Of a stretch of 64,000 bases of DNA, positions 44,150 through 51,801 are shown one piece after another. Source of the stretch: Anaerolineae bacterium. Its GTDB lineage: Bacteria; Chloroflexota; Anaerolineae; B4-G1; DUEL01. Location: contig JBMFKS010000001.1 of assembly GCA_049972045.1 (NCBI GenBank), positions 11,536 to 75,535 of the forward strand. The letters run 5' to 3'. Below the pieces are notes generated by a model. It worked only from the letters and a program-made list of their open reading frames with translations, made no database searches and was not told the DNA's origin. Positions within the stretch are counted from its first letter, which is position 1; every line of letters starts with the position of its first letter. The position numbers and the translations under genes were made by a program.

Positions 44150-44668
44150 ATGTCCGAACCTCTTCGTTGCATCAACCACCCCAACGTGGAAACCTACCTG
44201 CGCTGTGCCCGGTGCGGAGTGCCCATCTGCCCCCGCTGCGCGGTGCCGATAGAGGTGGGCTACATCTGCCCGGCCTGCCGCAACCGCCAGCAGCAGGTCT
44301 TCTACGCTGAATTCCGTCCGGTCTACTATCTGGTCGCGGCGGCGGTGGCGCTGCCCTTGGCCTTCATCGCGGGCTGGATCATCCCTGCCTCCGGCTGGCT
44401 GGCGATCTTCCTCGGCCCTTTGGCCGGGACGGGCATCGCCGAGGCGGTCCGCCGGGCCATCCGCCGTCGGCGCGGCCGCTATACCTGGCTGGTCGTCGCC
44501 GCCTGCATCCTGGTCGGCGCCCTGCCCTGGATGCTGGCCCTCCTCCTCCCCAGTCTGGACGCCCCCATCGCTGCCGCGTCCCTCACCGGCATCGCCTGGC
44601 CCCTCCTCTGGGCCATCATCTACTTGGCCGGGGCCATCGGCGCCGCCATCGCTCGGCTGCGGATTTGA
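44150..44668 (+). CDS. B-box-type zinc-finger membrane protein (hypothetical)
   Basis: MSEPLRCINHPNVETYLRCARCGVPICPRCAVPIEVGYICPACRNRQ followed by ~4 TM helices. Confidence 0.5.
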   Translation: MSEPLRCINHPNVETYLRCARCGVPICPRCAVPIEVGYICPACRNRQQQVFYAEFRPVYYLVAAAVALPLAFIAGWIIPASGWLAIFLGPLAGTGIAEAVRRAIRRRRGRYTWLVVAACILVGALPWMLALLLPSLDAPIAAASLTGIAWPLLWAIIYLAGAIGAAIARLRI

Positions 44669-44702
44669 CGACGGACGACGGACGACAGACGACGGACCAC
44701 CG
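44667..44702. repeat. STRR-like heptanucleotide tandem repeat (GACGACG/GACGACA)x5
   Basis: gacgacggacgacggacgacagacgacggaccacc, between the B-box protein stop and the recN start. Confidence 0.6.
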
Positions 44703-44747
44703 TTCATTGTTAATTTTTTAATTGTTCATTTGTCTTTGTGGGAGCTT

Positions 44748-46574
44748 ATGCTCTCCGAACTCCACATCCGCGATTTCGCCATCATAGACGAACTCCACCT
44801 CTCCCTGCCCTCCGGCTTCATCGTCCTGACCGGAGAGACGGGCGCGGGGAAGTCCATCATCATTGACGCCGTCGGCCTGGTGCTGGGGGGACGGGCCGAC
44901 CCCACCGTCGTGCGCGCCGGCGCCGACCGGGCCCTGGTGGAGGCCGTCTTCCGGCTGAGTCCGGCCCATCAGGCCGCCCTGCGCCCCCTCCTGGAGCGAG
45001 AGGGCCTGGAGGGTGACGAACCCGACCTCCTCATCCTCTCCCGCGAAGTGCGAGCCGAAGGGCGGAGCATCTGCCGGGTCAACGGTCGGGCGGTCACCCT
45101 GGCCCTCATGCGGGAGGTGGCCGAGGGGCTGGTGGACATCCACGGCCAGAGCGAGCATCTCTCCCTCCTGCGGGTGCGGGAGCACATCCACATGCTGGAC
45201 CGGTTCGCCGGCCTGGAGGAGGCCCGGGCCCGCGTGGCCGACCTGGTCGCCCAAGTGCGGGCCGTCCGGCGGGAGCGGGCCGGCCTGGAGCAGGACGAGC
45301 AGGAGCGGGCCCGCCGCATAGATCTCCTCCAGTACCAGATGGCCGAGATTGAGGCCGCCGGCCTCCGCCCCGGCGAAGAGGAGGAACTGGCCGAGGAGCG
45401 GGTGCGGCTGGCCAACGCCGAACAACTCTCCCTCCTTCTGGCCGACGCGCTGCGGGCGCTGGACGAGGGCGGCGAAGCGGGCCGCCCTGCCACCGACCAG
45501 TTGGGCCACGCCCTGCGGGCCTTAGAGGGACTGGCCCGCATAGATAGCACCCTCGCCCTTCGCCAGCAGGAGGCCGAAGAACTCCTCTACCGCCTCCAGG
45601 ACCTGGCCGACAGTCTGCGGGAATACCGGAATCGGGTGGAATTCAACCCGCGTCGGTTGGCCGAAGTGGAGGAACGGCTGGACCTCATCCGTCGCCTGAA
45701 ACGCAAATACGGCGCCACCGTTGCCGAAGTGCTGGAATACGCCCGTCGGGCGGCGGCGGAACTGGAGACCCTCGCCCACAGCGAGGAGCGCATCGCCGAA
45801 CTGGCCGCCCGGGAAGCCCAACTCCTGGACAAACTGGCCCGTGCGGCGCTGGACCTCTCCGCCCGCCGTCGGGAGGCCGCAAGACGGCTAGCAGCGGGCA
45901 TTGAGGCCGAACTCCAGGACCTGCGCATGTCCGGTGCCCGCTTTGCCGTGGATTTCCGCTGGACCGCCGACCCCGAGGGCGTCCCGCTGGACCCTGAAGA
46001 CGTCGCGGCGGCGGGCATAGACGTGGGCGATTTCCCTCTTCCGGCCCGCGTCGGTTTTGATGCTACCGGCATAGACCGGGTGGAGTTTCTCGTCTCCCCC
46101 AACCCGGGCGAACCCCTCAAGCCGTTGACCAAAATCGCCTCCGGCGGCGAGACCTCCCGGCTTATGCTGGCCCTCAAGGCCGTTCTCTCCCGCGTGGACG
46201 AGACCCCCACGCTCATTTTTGACGAGATTGACCAGGGCATCGGCGGACGGGTGGGCGCGACGGTGGGGGAGAAACTCTGGCGGCTCACGGTAGCCGATAT
46301 CAACGGCGGCGTGGCCCATCAGGTCCTCTGCGTCACCCACCTGCCACAACTGGCCAGTTTCGGCGACGCCCACCTGCGGGTGGAGAAAATCCCCCTGGAG
46401 GGTCGCACCGTCACCCGGCTGACGGTCCTGGAGGGGCCGGCACGGGTGGAGGAACTGGCCCAGATGCTGGGCGCCAGCGGCGAATCCGCCTACCGGAGCG
46501 CGAGGGAGATTCTGGAGGAAGCGGGAAGCCGGAAGGGCATTGTACAAACGGTGGAACAATGTTATAAACGATGA
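44748..46574 (+). CDS. recN: DNA repair protein RecN
   Basis: MLSELHIRDFAIIDELHLSL...GFIVLTGETGAGKSIIIDA (Walker A), long coiled coil, C-terminal ...LIFDEIDQGIGG (Walker B). Confidence 0.85.
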   Translation: MLSELHIRDFAIIDELHLSLPSGFIVLTGETGAGKSIIIDAVGLVLGGRADPTVVRAGADRALVEAVFRLSPAHQAALRPLLEREGLEGDEPDLLILSREVRAEGRSICRVNGRAVTLALMREVAEGLVDIHGQSEHLSLLRVREHIHMLDRFAGLEEARARVADLVAQVRAVRRERAGLEQDEQERARRIDLLQYQMAEIEAAGLRPGEEEELAEERVRLANAEQLSLLLADALRALDEGGEAGRPATDQLGHALRALEGLARIDSTLALRQQEAEELLYRLQDLADSLREYRNRVEFNPRRLAEVEERLDLIRRLKRKYGATVAEVLEYARRAAAELETLAHSEERIAELAAREAQLLDKLARAALDLSARRREAARRLAAGIEAELQDLRMSGARFAVDFRWTADPEGVPLDPEDVAAAGIDVGDFPLPARVGFDATGIDRVEFLVSPNPGEPLKPLTKIASGGETSRLMLALKAVLSRVDETPTLIFDEIDQGIGGRVGATVGEKLWRLTVADINGGVAHQVLCVTHLPQLASFGDAHLRVEKIPLEGRTVTRLTVLEGPARVEELAQMLGASGESAYRSAREILEEAGSRKGIVQTVEQCYKR

Positions 46575-46795
46575 GAAAAAGTAAGATGTATTCAGCGACG
46601 ATTTCGTCAAAGTACCAGATTGTCATCCCTCGCGCGGTGCGGAAGCGGTTCGGGTTGAAACCGAAGCAGAAGGTGGTTTTTATCCCCCTGGGAAACACCT
46701 TGCGCCTGGTGGTCGTTCCGCCCATAGAGCATGCTCGGGGGATGTTCCCCGGCATAGATACCGATGTGGCCCGCGAAGAGGATGAGGAGCGATGA
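46571..46795 (+). CDS. AbrB/MazE/SpoVT-family (swapped-hairpin) small DNA-binding protein
   Basis: MYSATISSKYQIVIPRAVRKRFGLKPKQKVVFIPLGNTLRLVV is a looped-hinge-helix motif. No cognate toxin gene follows. Confidence 0.55.
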   Translation: MRKSKMYSATISSKYQIVIPRAVRKRFGLKPKQKVVFIPLGNTLRLVVVPPIEHARGMFPGIDTDVAREEDEER

Positions 46796-48222
46796 ACGGG
46801 ATGGACTCACCAGACTGGCTGGAGTACCTGGCGAACGGCCCCAAGGAGTACCCCCAGTCCGAACCCTTTGACCTTCTTCTCACCGGCGGCTTGCTGGTCA
46901 CCGGAGCGGGCATCCGGCGGGCCGACGTGGGCATCCGCGGCGAGGCCGTCGCCGCCGTTGCCCCGGACCTACAGGGCCACCCCGCCCGCGAAGCCATAGA
47001 CGTGACCGGCCATTACATCCTCCCCGGCGCCATAGACGTCCACGTCCACCCCGTCTACGAGGACGATGTGGAGGCCTGTTCCCGCGTGGCGGCTTACGGC
47101 GGCATCACCACCCTCCTCCACTTCGCCTATGCCCGCACCGGCGAGAGCCTCCTGGAGCAGGTGGAGCGGATGTTAGAGGACGGTCGGGCTCGCTCCCGGC
47201 TGGACTTTGGCCTCCACGGCGGCCTCTTTGAGGCCCCGCGCCAGGTCCCCGAAATCCCCCGGGTGATGGAATTGGGCGTCCGTACCTTCAAATTCTTCCT
47301 GGCCTACGTCAAGCAGAAATGGTACACCGATGACTACCACCTGCTCTGGGCGATGCACCTCCTGGCGGAACGGGGTGGCATGGCGATGGTTCATGCCGAA
47401 AATGGCGGCGGGATTGACTATCTGGAGGACCGCTACTGGGAGGAACTGGGCGGGCCCGATGCAGCGCACTTCTTCAGCGTCTCCCACCCCTCAGCGCTGG
47501 AGGAGGAAGCCGTCTTTCGGGCCATCTGCATGGCCGAAGTGGCCGATTGCCCCCTCTACGTCGCCCATGTGACCTCCGCGCGGGCCCTGCGGCCCATCCG
47601 CCAGGCCCGGGCGGAGGGGCGGCGGGTCTTCGCCGAGACCTGTGCCCAGTACCTGACGCTGACCGAAGATCTTTTGCGAACGCGCGGCGCGCTGGCCAAA
47701 ATCGGCCCGCCGCTGCGCACCGACGCCGATCGGGAGGCCCTCTGGCAGGCCCTGGCCGACGGCACCCTCTCCGTCGTCTCCTCCGACCACGCGCCCAAGC
47801 GCAAAGAACCCTTCGGCGACTTTCGGGAGCAACCCTACGGGTCGCCGGGCCTGGAGACGCTCCTGGTCGTCACCCACGACGAGGGCGTCAACCGGGGACG
47901 CATCTCCCTGGTGCGGCTGGTCCAGGTCCTCGCGGAGAACCCCGCCCGCATCTTCGGCCTTTACCCGAAGAAGGGCACGATTGCCGTCGGCTCCGATGCC
48001 GACATCGTCGTCTTTGACCCCCGACGGGAAAGGACCATCCGGGCCCAGGAGATGCATTCGGGGGCCGGATACACCCTCTACGAAGGCCGGACCGTCCTGG
48101 GCTGGCCCGTGATGTCGTTTCAGCGGGGGCATCGGGTGCTCTGGGAGGGGGAAGTGGTCGCCGAACCGGGGGCGGGGCAGTTTCTGCCCCTCCTGGAATC
48201 TCCCCCGACCGCGCCCCTTTAG
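46792..48222 (+). CDS. cyclic amidohydrolase (dihydropyrimidinase/D-hydantoinase-like)
   Basis: ILPGAIDVHVHPV (HxH metal site) plus other amidohydrolase-fold motifs (carboxylated Lys region, VSSDHAP). 476 aa. Confidence 0.75.
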   Translation: MNGMDSPDWLEYLANGPKEYPQSEPFDLLLTGGLLVTGAGIRRADVGIRGEAVAAVAPDLQGHPAREAIDVTGHYILPGAIDVHVHPVYEDDVEACSRVAAYGGITTLLHFAYARTGESLLEQVERMLEDGRARSRLDFGLHGGLFEAPRQVPEIPRVMELGVRTFKFFLAYVKQKWYTDDYHLLWAMHLLAERGGMAMVHAENGGGIDYLEDRYWEELGGPDAAHFFSVSHPSALEEEAVFRAICMAEVADCPLYVAHVTSARALRPIRQARAEGRRVFAETCAQYLTLTEDLLRTRGALAKIGPPLRTDADREALWQALADGTLSVVSSDHAPKRKEPFGDFREQPYGSPGLETLLVVTHDEGVNRGRISLVRLVQVLAENPARIFGLYPKKGTIAVGSDADIVVFDPRRERTIRAQEMHSGAGYTLYEGRTVLGWPVMSFQRGHRVLWEGEVVAEPGAGQFLPLLESPPTAPL

Positions 48223-48232
48223 AGCAGAAAGA

Positions 48233-48264
48233 TCGGCGGCGGGCGGCTTCGCCGCCCGCCGCCA
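48233..48264. terminator. perfect GC palindrome GGCGGCGGGCGGC-ttcg-GCCGCCCGCCGCC (bidirectional terminator candidate)
   Basis: It lies between the convergent hydantoinase and miaA genes. A near-identical hairpin recurs at 60151-60187. Confidence 0.45.
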
Positions 48265-48310
48265 ACTCCCAAACAAAACAGGGGGCCGAGGGCGTCGCCG
48301 TCGGCCATCC

Positions 48311-49240
48311 TCACCTCAGCCATTCCCGGACCGCTGCCAGAATCTCCTCCGGCGGCGTCCGGGCGGCGTCAAACCAGCGGATGCGCGGGTCGCTGGGGCG
48401 GAACCAGTTGTACTGGTGGCGGATGAACCGCCGGGTGTCCCGCCGAATGTGCGCCAGCACTTCCTCCAGCGTCGCCCGGCCCTCAAAGTACGGACGGAAC
48501 TGCCGGTAATTGAGGGCCGACATGGCCGGCAGATCCCAGCCGTATCCGGCCTCCAACAATCCCCGGATTTCCTCCACCAGCCCCGCTCGGACCATCTCCT
48601 CCAGCCGCGCGTCGGCGCGGGCATAGAGGGCCGGCCGGTCCATCGTCAGTCCGATCTGGAGGGCGTCGTAGGGTGGGGGGATTCGGCCCGGCCTCGCGGG
48701 GCCGGCGCGCAGGGCAACCTCCAGCGCTCGCACGACCCGGCGGGGGTTGCGAGGGTCCACGCGGGCGGCGGCCTCGGGGTCCAGCGCGGCCAGGCGGGCC
48801 AGGAGGGCTTCCAGCCCCTCCCGGCGGGTCTGCTCCTCCAGTTCGGCCCGCAGGGCGGGGTCCGGGGGGACGGCGGGGGGAGTCCAGCCCTCCACCAGCG
48901 CGCGGATGTACTGTCCGGTCCCGCCCACCACAATGGGCAGACGGCCGCGCGCGCGGATGTCGGCAATGGCCGCCTGCGCCAGGCGCAAAAAACGGGCCAG
49001 CCCCACCGTGTCATCAGGGTCCGTGATGTCTATCAGGTGGTGGGGGACCCTGGCCCGTTCCTCCGGGGTCGGCTTGGCCGTGCCGATGTCCATCCCCCGG
49101 TAGAAGAGGCGGGAATCGGCAGAGACCACCTCTCCCTCCAGACGTTCGGCCAGGTAGAGGGAGAGGGCGGTCTTGCCCACTGCCGTCGGCCCCACGATGA
49201 CCAGGACCTTAGCCGACGGTCCGGGAATGGAATCGGACAT
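48311..49240 (-). CDS. miaA: tRNA dimethylallyltransferase MiaA
   Basis: VLVIVGPTAVGKTALSLYLAERLEGEVVSADSRLFYRGMDIGTAKPT is the canonical MiaA P-loop and N-terminus. Confidence 0.85.
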   Translation of the reverse strand: MSDSIPGPSAKVLVIVGPTAVGKTALSLYLAERLEGEVVSADSRLFYRGMDIGTAKPTPEERARVPHHLIDITDPDDTVGLARFLRLAQAAIADIRARGRLPIVVGGTGQYIRALVEGWTPPAVPPDPALRAELEEQTRREGLEALLARLAALDPEAAARVDPRNPRRVVRALEVALRAGPARPGRIPPPYDALQIGLTMDRPALYARADARLEEMVRAGLVEEIRGLLEAGYGWDLPAMSALNYRQFRPYFEGRATLEEVLAHIRRDTRRFIRHQYNWFRPSDPRIRWFDAARTPPEEILAAVREWLR

Positions 49241-49637
49241 AGGTCAGCGTGCGGGTGATCAACTCCTTGGCCAGGAACAGTCCCTGCAAGTCGCGGGCCA
49301 GCACCTGTCCGACGGCGAGGGTATCCTTCGCCCCCTGCAGGGGAAGCCCGATCGCATCCAAGCGGAGCAGGCTGGGCTCTCCTTCCTCCCCCACCAGCAG
49401 AGTATCGATCCGGGCGGCGATTTTCCGCTCCGTGGGCGTCCCGCTGTAGCGCTTCCAGAGCACGTACAGCAGATAGGCGTAGAGGCCGTTCACGTGGAGG
49501 ATGTTCAGGAACTTGGAGACGGTGTGGGCGATCTCCTCCCCGCTCAGCCGGTCTTCCATCCTCAGGCCGTCCACGATGCGACGGGCATAATCGGCGCAGT
49601 AAAAGTCCAGGTTTTCCACCGCTTGTTGAACGCCCAT
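49209..49637 (-). CDS. Cmr5/Cas11-like small alpha-helical subunit
   Basis: 142 aa, all-helical. ...VSKFLNILHVNGLYAYLLYVLWK matches the conserved Cmr5 core (P.MILSNGLLQTLAFLLAK pattern). AAGGAGGGAAC RBS. Its 3' end overlaps the miaA start by 32 nt. Confidence 0.55.
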   Translation of the reverse strand: MGVQQAVENLDFYCADYARRIVDGLRMEDRLSGEEIAHTVSKFLNILHVNGLYAYLLYVLWKRYSGTPTERKIAARIDTLLVGEEGEPSLLRLDAIGLPLQGAKDTLAVGQVLARDLQGLFLAKELITRTLTYVRFHSRTVG

Positions 49638-49640
49638 CGT

Positions 49641-49720
49641 TCCCTCCTTATCCCTACTCCCTACTTCCTACTCCCTACTTCCTACTCCCTACTTCCTACT
49701 CCCTACCCTCTACTCCCAGA
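49641..49720. repeat. purine heptamer tandem repeat (mRNA sense GGAGUAG/GAAGUAG, 9 units) spanning the cmr4 stop and cmr5 RBS
   Basis: Plus strand has ctactcc/ctacttc x9 from 49654 to 49716. Every unit carries UAG and a GGAG-like SD. Confidence 0.7.
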
Positions 49721-50703
49721 TTCAACACCCGCAGCCGTCCCATCCCCCGGGTGTTTTTGCCGCCGATACCCAGGTATTCCACATAGTGCAGTCCTTTCTC
49801 CACCTGAGCCTGCACCCAGGCGATGTCCTGAGGGATGGGCTGACCGTCCAGCAGGAAGTCGCGCGGGTTCTTGTAGACCATCTGGAAGGAGAAGAGGGTA
49901 GCACGCGGGATCGCCTCGTAGGTGTAGAGGGCGCCGGTCAGCGCCGCGCCTGTGGAGCGGTCAATCGCCGTGGACGTGCGCACTTCCAGGTTATTGTTGA
50001 CCACCTGGGAGAACAGTTCGTCCGGCACCAGCACCAGTCGGTTCAGTATCTCCTCCGGCACGTTCGCTTTCTTCAGGCGGGCCACCCCCGAGGGGGTCAG
50101 CGGGGAGGTGGGGACGGCGACCGGCAACAGGAGCCAACCCAGGTTCAGCCGACGGCCCGGGAGCCCCGTCTGCAGGCGGAAGCCGTGCTCCGGCTTCAAC
50201 TGGATGTCCACATCTTTCGCGTCCAGCGCGCCTGACTGGACCAGTTCCTTCAGCCGCTCCGGCGAGGTCACCCAGACCGGCCCGAGCATGGAGGGGGCGG
50301 GGAAGAAGAGGGGGAAGCCGTCAAAGGCCTGGACCATGCTGGGGGAGGTGCGGCCCCCGGGCTGGAGGAAGCCGTACGGGATACAGACAGGGCAATCCAC
50401 CCGGCCGCAGGCCCCGTCTTTTCTGCCCGTGGGGCCGGTCTGGTCGGCGCAACTGGCATAGCCGACCACGCCCGGCTTCACCTCCACCGGTCGGCGGTAC
50501 TTCTCCGGGTAGTGCATAGCGGTGTAGGTCCGGGCGACGCCGGCCAGACTGGTCGCCGGGATTTTGGGCAAGTTGGTGGCCGCGTCCCGGACGATGGGAT
50601 TATCCACCCGCCCCATCTGCATCTCCCCGCTGCCAATGTGGACGGGGTCCAGGGCCAGCGCGTAATACGTTTTCCGCAGATACGGCATGCTCACTTCGGC
50701 CAT
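49696..50703 (-). CDS. cmr4: Cmr4-like RAMP (Cas7 family) with zinc-finger insertion
   Basis: It aligns motif-by-motif with P. furiosus Cmr4: LDPVHIGSGE...GRVDNPIVRD (catalytic Asp position), IPATSLAGVARTY, YTYEAIPRATLF, G-rich loop YLGIGGKNTRGMG. An extra CADQTGPTGRKDGACGRVDCPVC insertion is present. Confidence 0.8.
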   Translation of the reverse strand: MAEVSMPYLRKTYYALALDPVHIGSGEMQMGRVDNPIVRDAATNLPKIPATSLAGVARTYTAMHYPEKYRRPVEVKPGVVGYASCADQTGPTGRKDGACGRVDCPVCIPYGFLQPGGRTSPSMVQAFDGFPLFFPAPSMLGPVWVTSPERLKELVQSGALDAKDVDIQLKPEHGFRLQTGLPGRRLNLGWLLLPVAVPTSPLTPSGVARLKKANVPEEILNRLVLVPDELFSQVVNNNLEVRTSTAIDRSTGAALTGALYTYEAIPRATLFSFQMVYKNPRDFLLDGQPIPQDIAWVQAQVEKGLHYVEYLGIGGKNTRGMGRLRVLNLGVEGRE

Positions 50704-50715
50704 CTCTCTCCTCTC

Positions 50716-51801
50716 TCAGGCAGGGATTCCCAGTAACCGGTCCAGCGCATCGGACAGGGCCGCCAGGGTGGGGAAGGTCTGCCACCCTACGTCTTTCAGG
50801 ACCACTACCCCCTCCGGTTCATCCACCCCGGAGACCTTCAGGTGGGCCTGACCGAAGCCGCGAGTGCTCTTGCTGGAGAAACCGTGGACGCGCAGCATCA
50901 GCACGATGGCCTCCCCCAGAGCCCGCAGGTCCTCCCGGACTTCCGGAAGGGCTTCTTCCGCCGTCCGGTCCATCAGGTCAAAGGGGAGGTAGAGGAGGGT
51001 GAAGACGCCCGAAGCGCCGGGCGGTACCGTCTCCAGGAGAACGGGCACCGTTCCGGCGCGGGTCCTGCGGCTGTGGGGGTTGATCACTTCCAGTCCGATG
51101 CGGTCAAAGTAGGTGGGGTAGGGACGGATCCGCCCCAGCATATTCCCCTCTTCGGCCAGTTCCTCCTCCTCATCCCGGGCCTGCCCGAAGAGGCGAAGGA
51201 GCAGCGGCGACGCCTCCCCTTCCGGCAACTGGCGGGTCAGGACGGTGCGCAGGATGCCTTTCCAGGTGCTGGCCCGGATCATGGGGACCTTGAAGACGCT
51301 GTCTTTCATCACCGGATTTTCGTGGATGTAGAACTCGTCGTCGTCCTTGCTGTAGAAGGAGCGGGCCAGTGTGAAGCGGAACTGGATGTAGGCCGAAAAG
51401 GGCGGCAGGTCCTGGAGGTTGATGCGGGGCGGGTAGATGCCCAGCCGGGCCAGTTGCTCCAGCCCGGGGCGGATGACTCCTTCTATGTACGGGGAGTCGC
51501 CCTTGCGCCGATACACCACTCCTTTATATCCGCCGCCGAAGCGGGGATGTCCGCTGCGGGCGAACTCCTTGACGTCGCTGGTCAGCCCCTGGGCCAGCAG
51601 GGAGACCTGGGCATAGGGCCAGACCAGTTCCCGATACGGCTCCTTATGATCGCCGACGATGCGGCGGACGTCGTCCTGGGTTTCGCAGGGGTAAGCGGCG
51701 TAGAAGTCGTAGGGGGGTCGGCGCTCCCCCGGCGGGGCCGGTCGGCGATTCCCCTCGCCCCGGGACGGGGGGCCAGATTGGGGTCGCGGTTTAGAGTTCA
51801 T
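50716..51801 (-). CDS. Cmr6-like RAMP (Cas7 family)
   Basis: VPMIRASTWKGILRTV (RAMP GSSxKG-type motif) and C-terminal G-rich loop GFSSKSTRGFG. Start chosen at MNSKPRPQ (GGAGG RBS), overlapping the upstream gene's stop by 11 nt. Confidence 0.6.
   Translation of the reverse strand: MNSKPRPQSGPPSRGEGNRRPAPPGERRPPYDFYAAYPCETQDDVRRIVGDHKEPYRELVWPYAQVSLLAQGLTSDVKEFARSGHPRFGGGYKGVVYRRKGDSPYIEGVIRPGLEQLARLGIYPPRINLQDLPPFSAYIQFRFTLARSFYSKDDDEFYIHENPVMKDSVFKVPMIRASTWKGILRTVLTRQLPEGEASPLLLRLFGQARDEEEELAEEGNMLGRIRPYPTYFDRIGLEVINPHSRRTRAGTVPVLLETVPPGASGVFTLLYLPFDLMDRTAEEALPEVREDLRALGEAIVLMLRVHGFSSKSTRGFGQAHLKVSGVDEPEGVVVLKDVGWQTFPTLAALSDALDRLLGIPA

Noticed and set aside
44700-44747. LexA box in the recN promoter
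   Set aside because: The tract cgttcattgttaattttttaattgttcat contains two direct GTTC half-sites but no CGAAC-N4-GTTCG palindrome. It is reported only as an AT-rich promoter region, not as an SOS box.
49641-49720. Possible CRISPR array next to the RAMP genes
   Set aside because: The repeat unit is only 7 nt, contiguous with no spacers. No 24-40-nt direct repeats with unique spacers exist anywhere in the window. The MITE, STRR and GC-rich families were each checked for repeat-spacer periodicity and have none.
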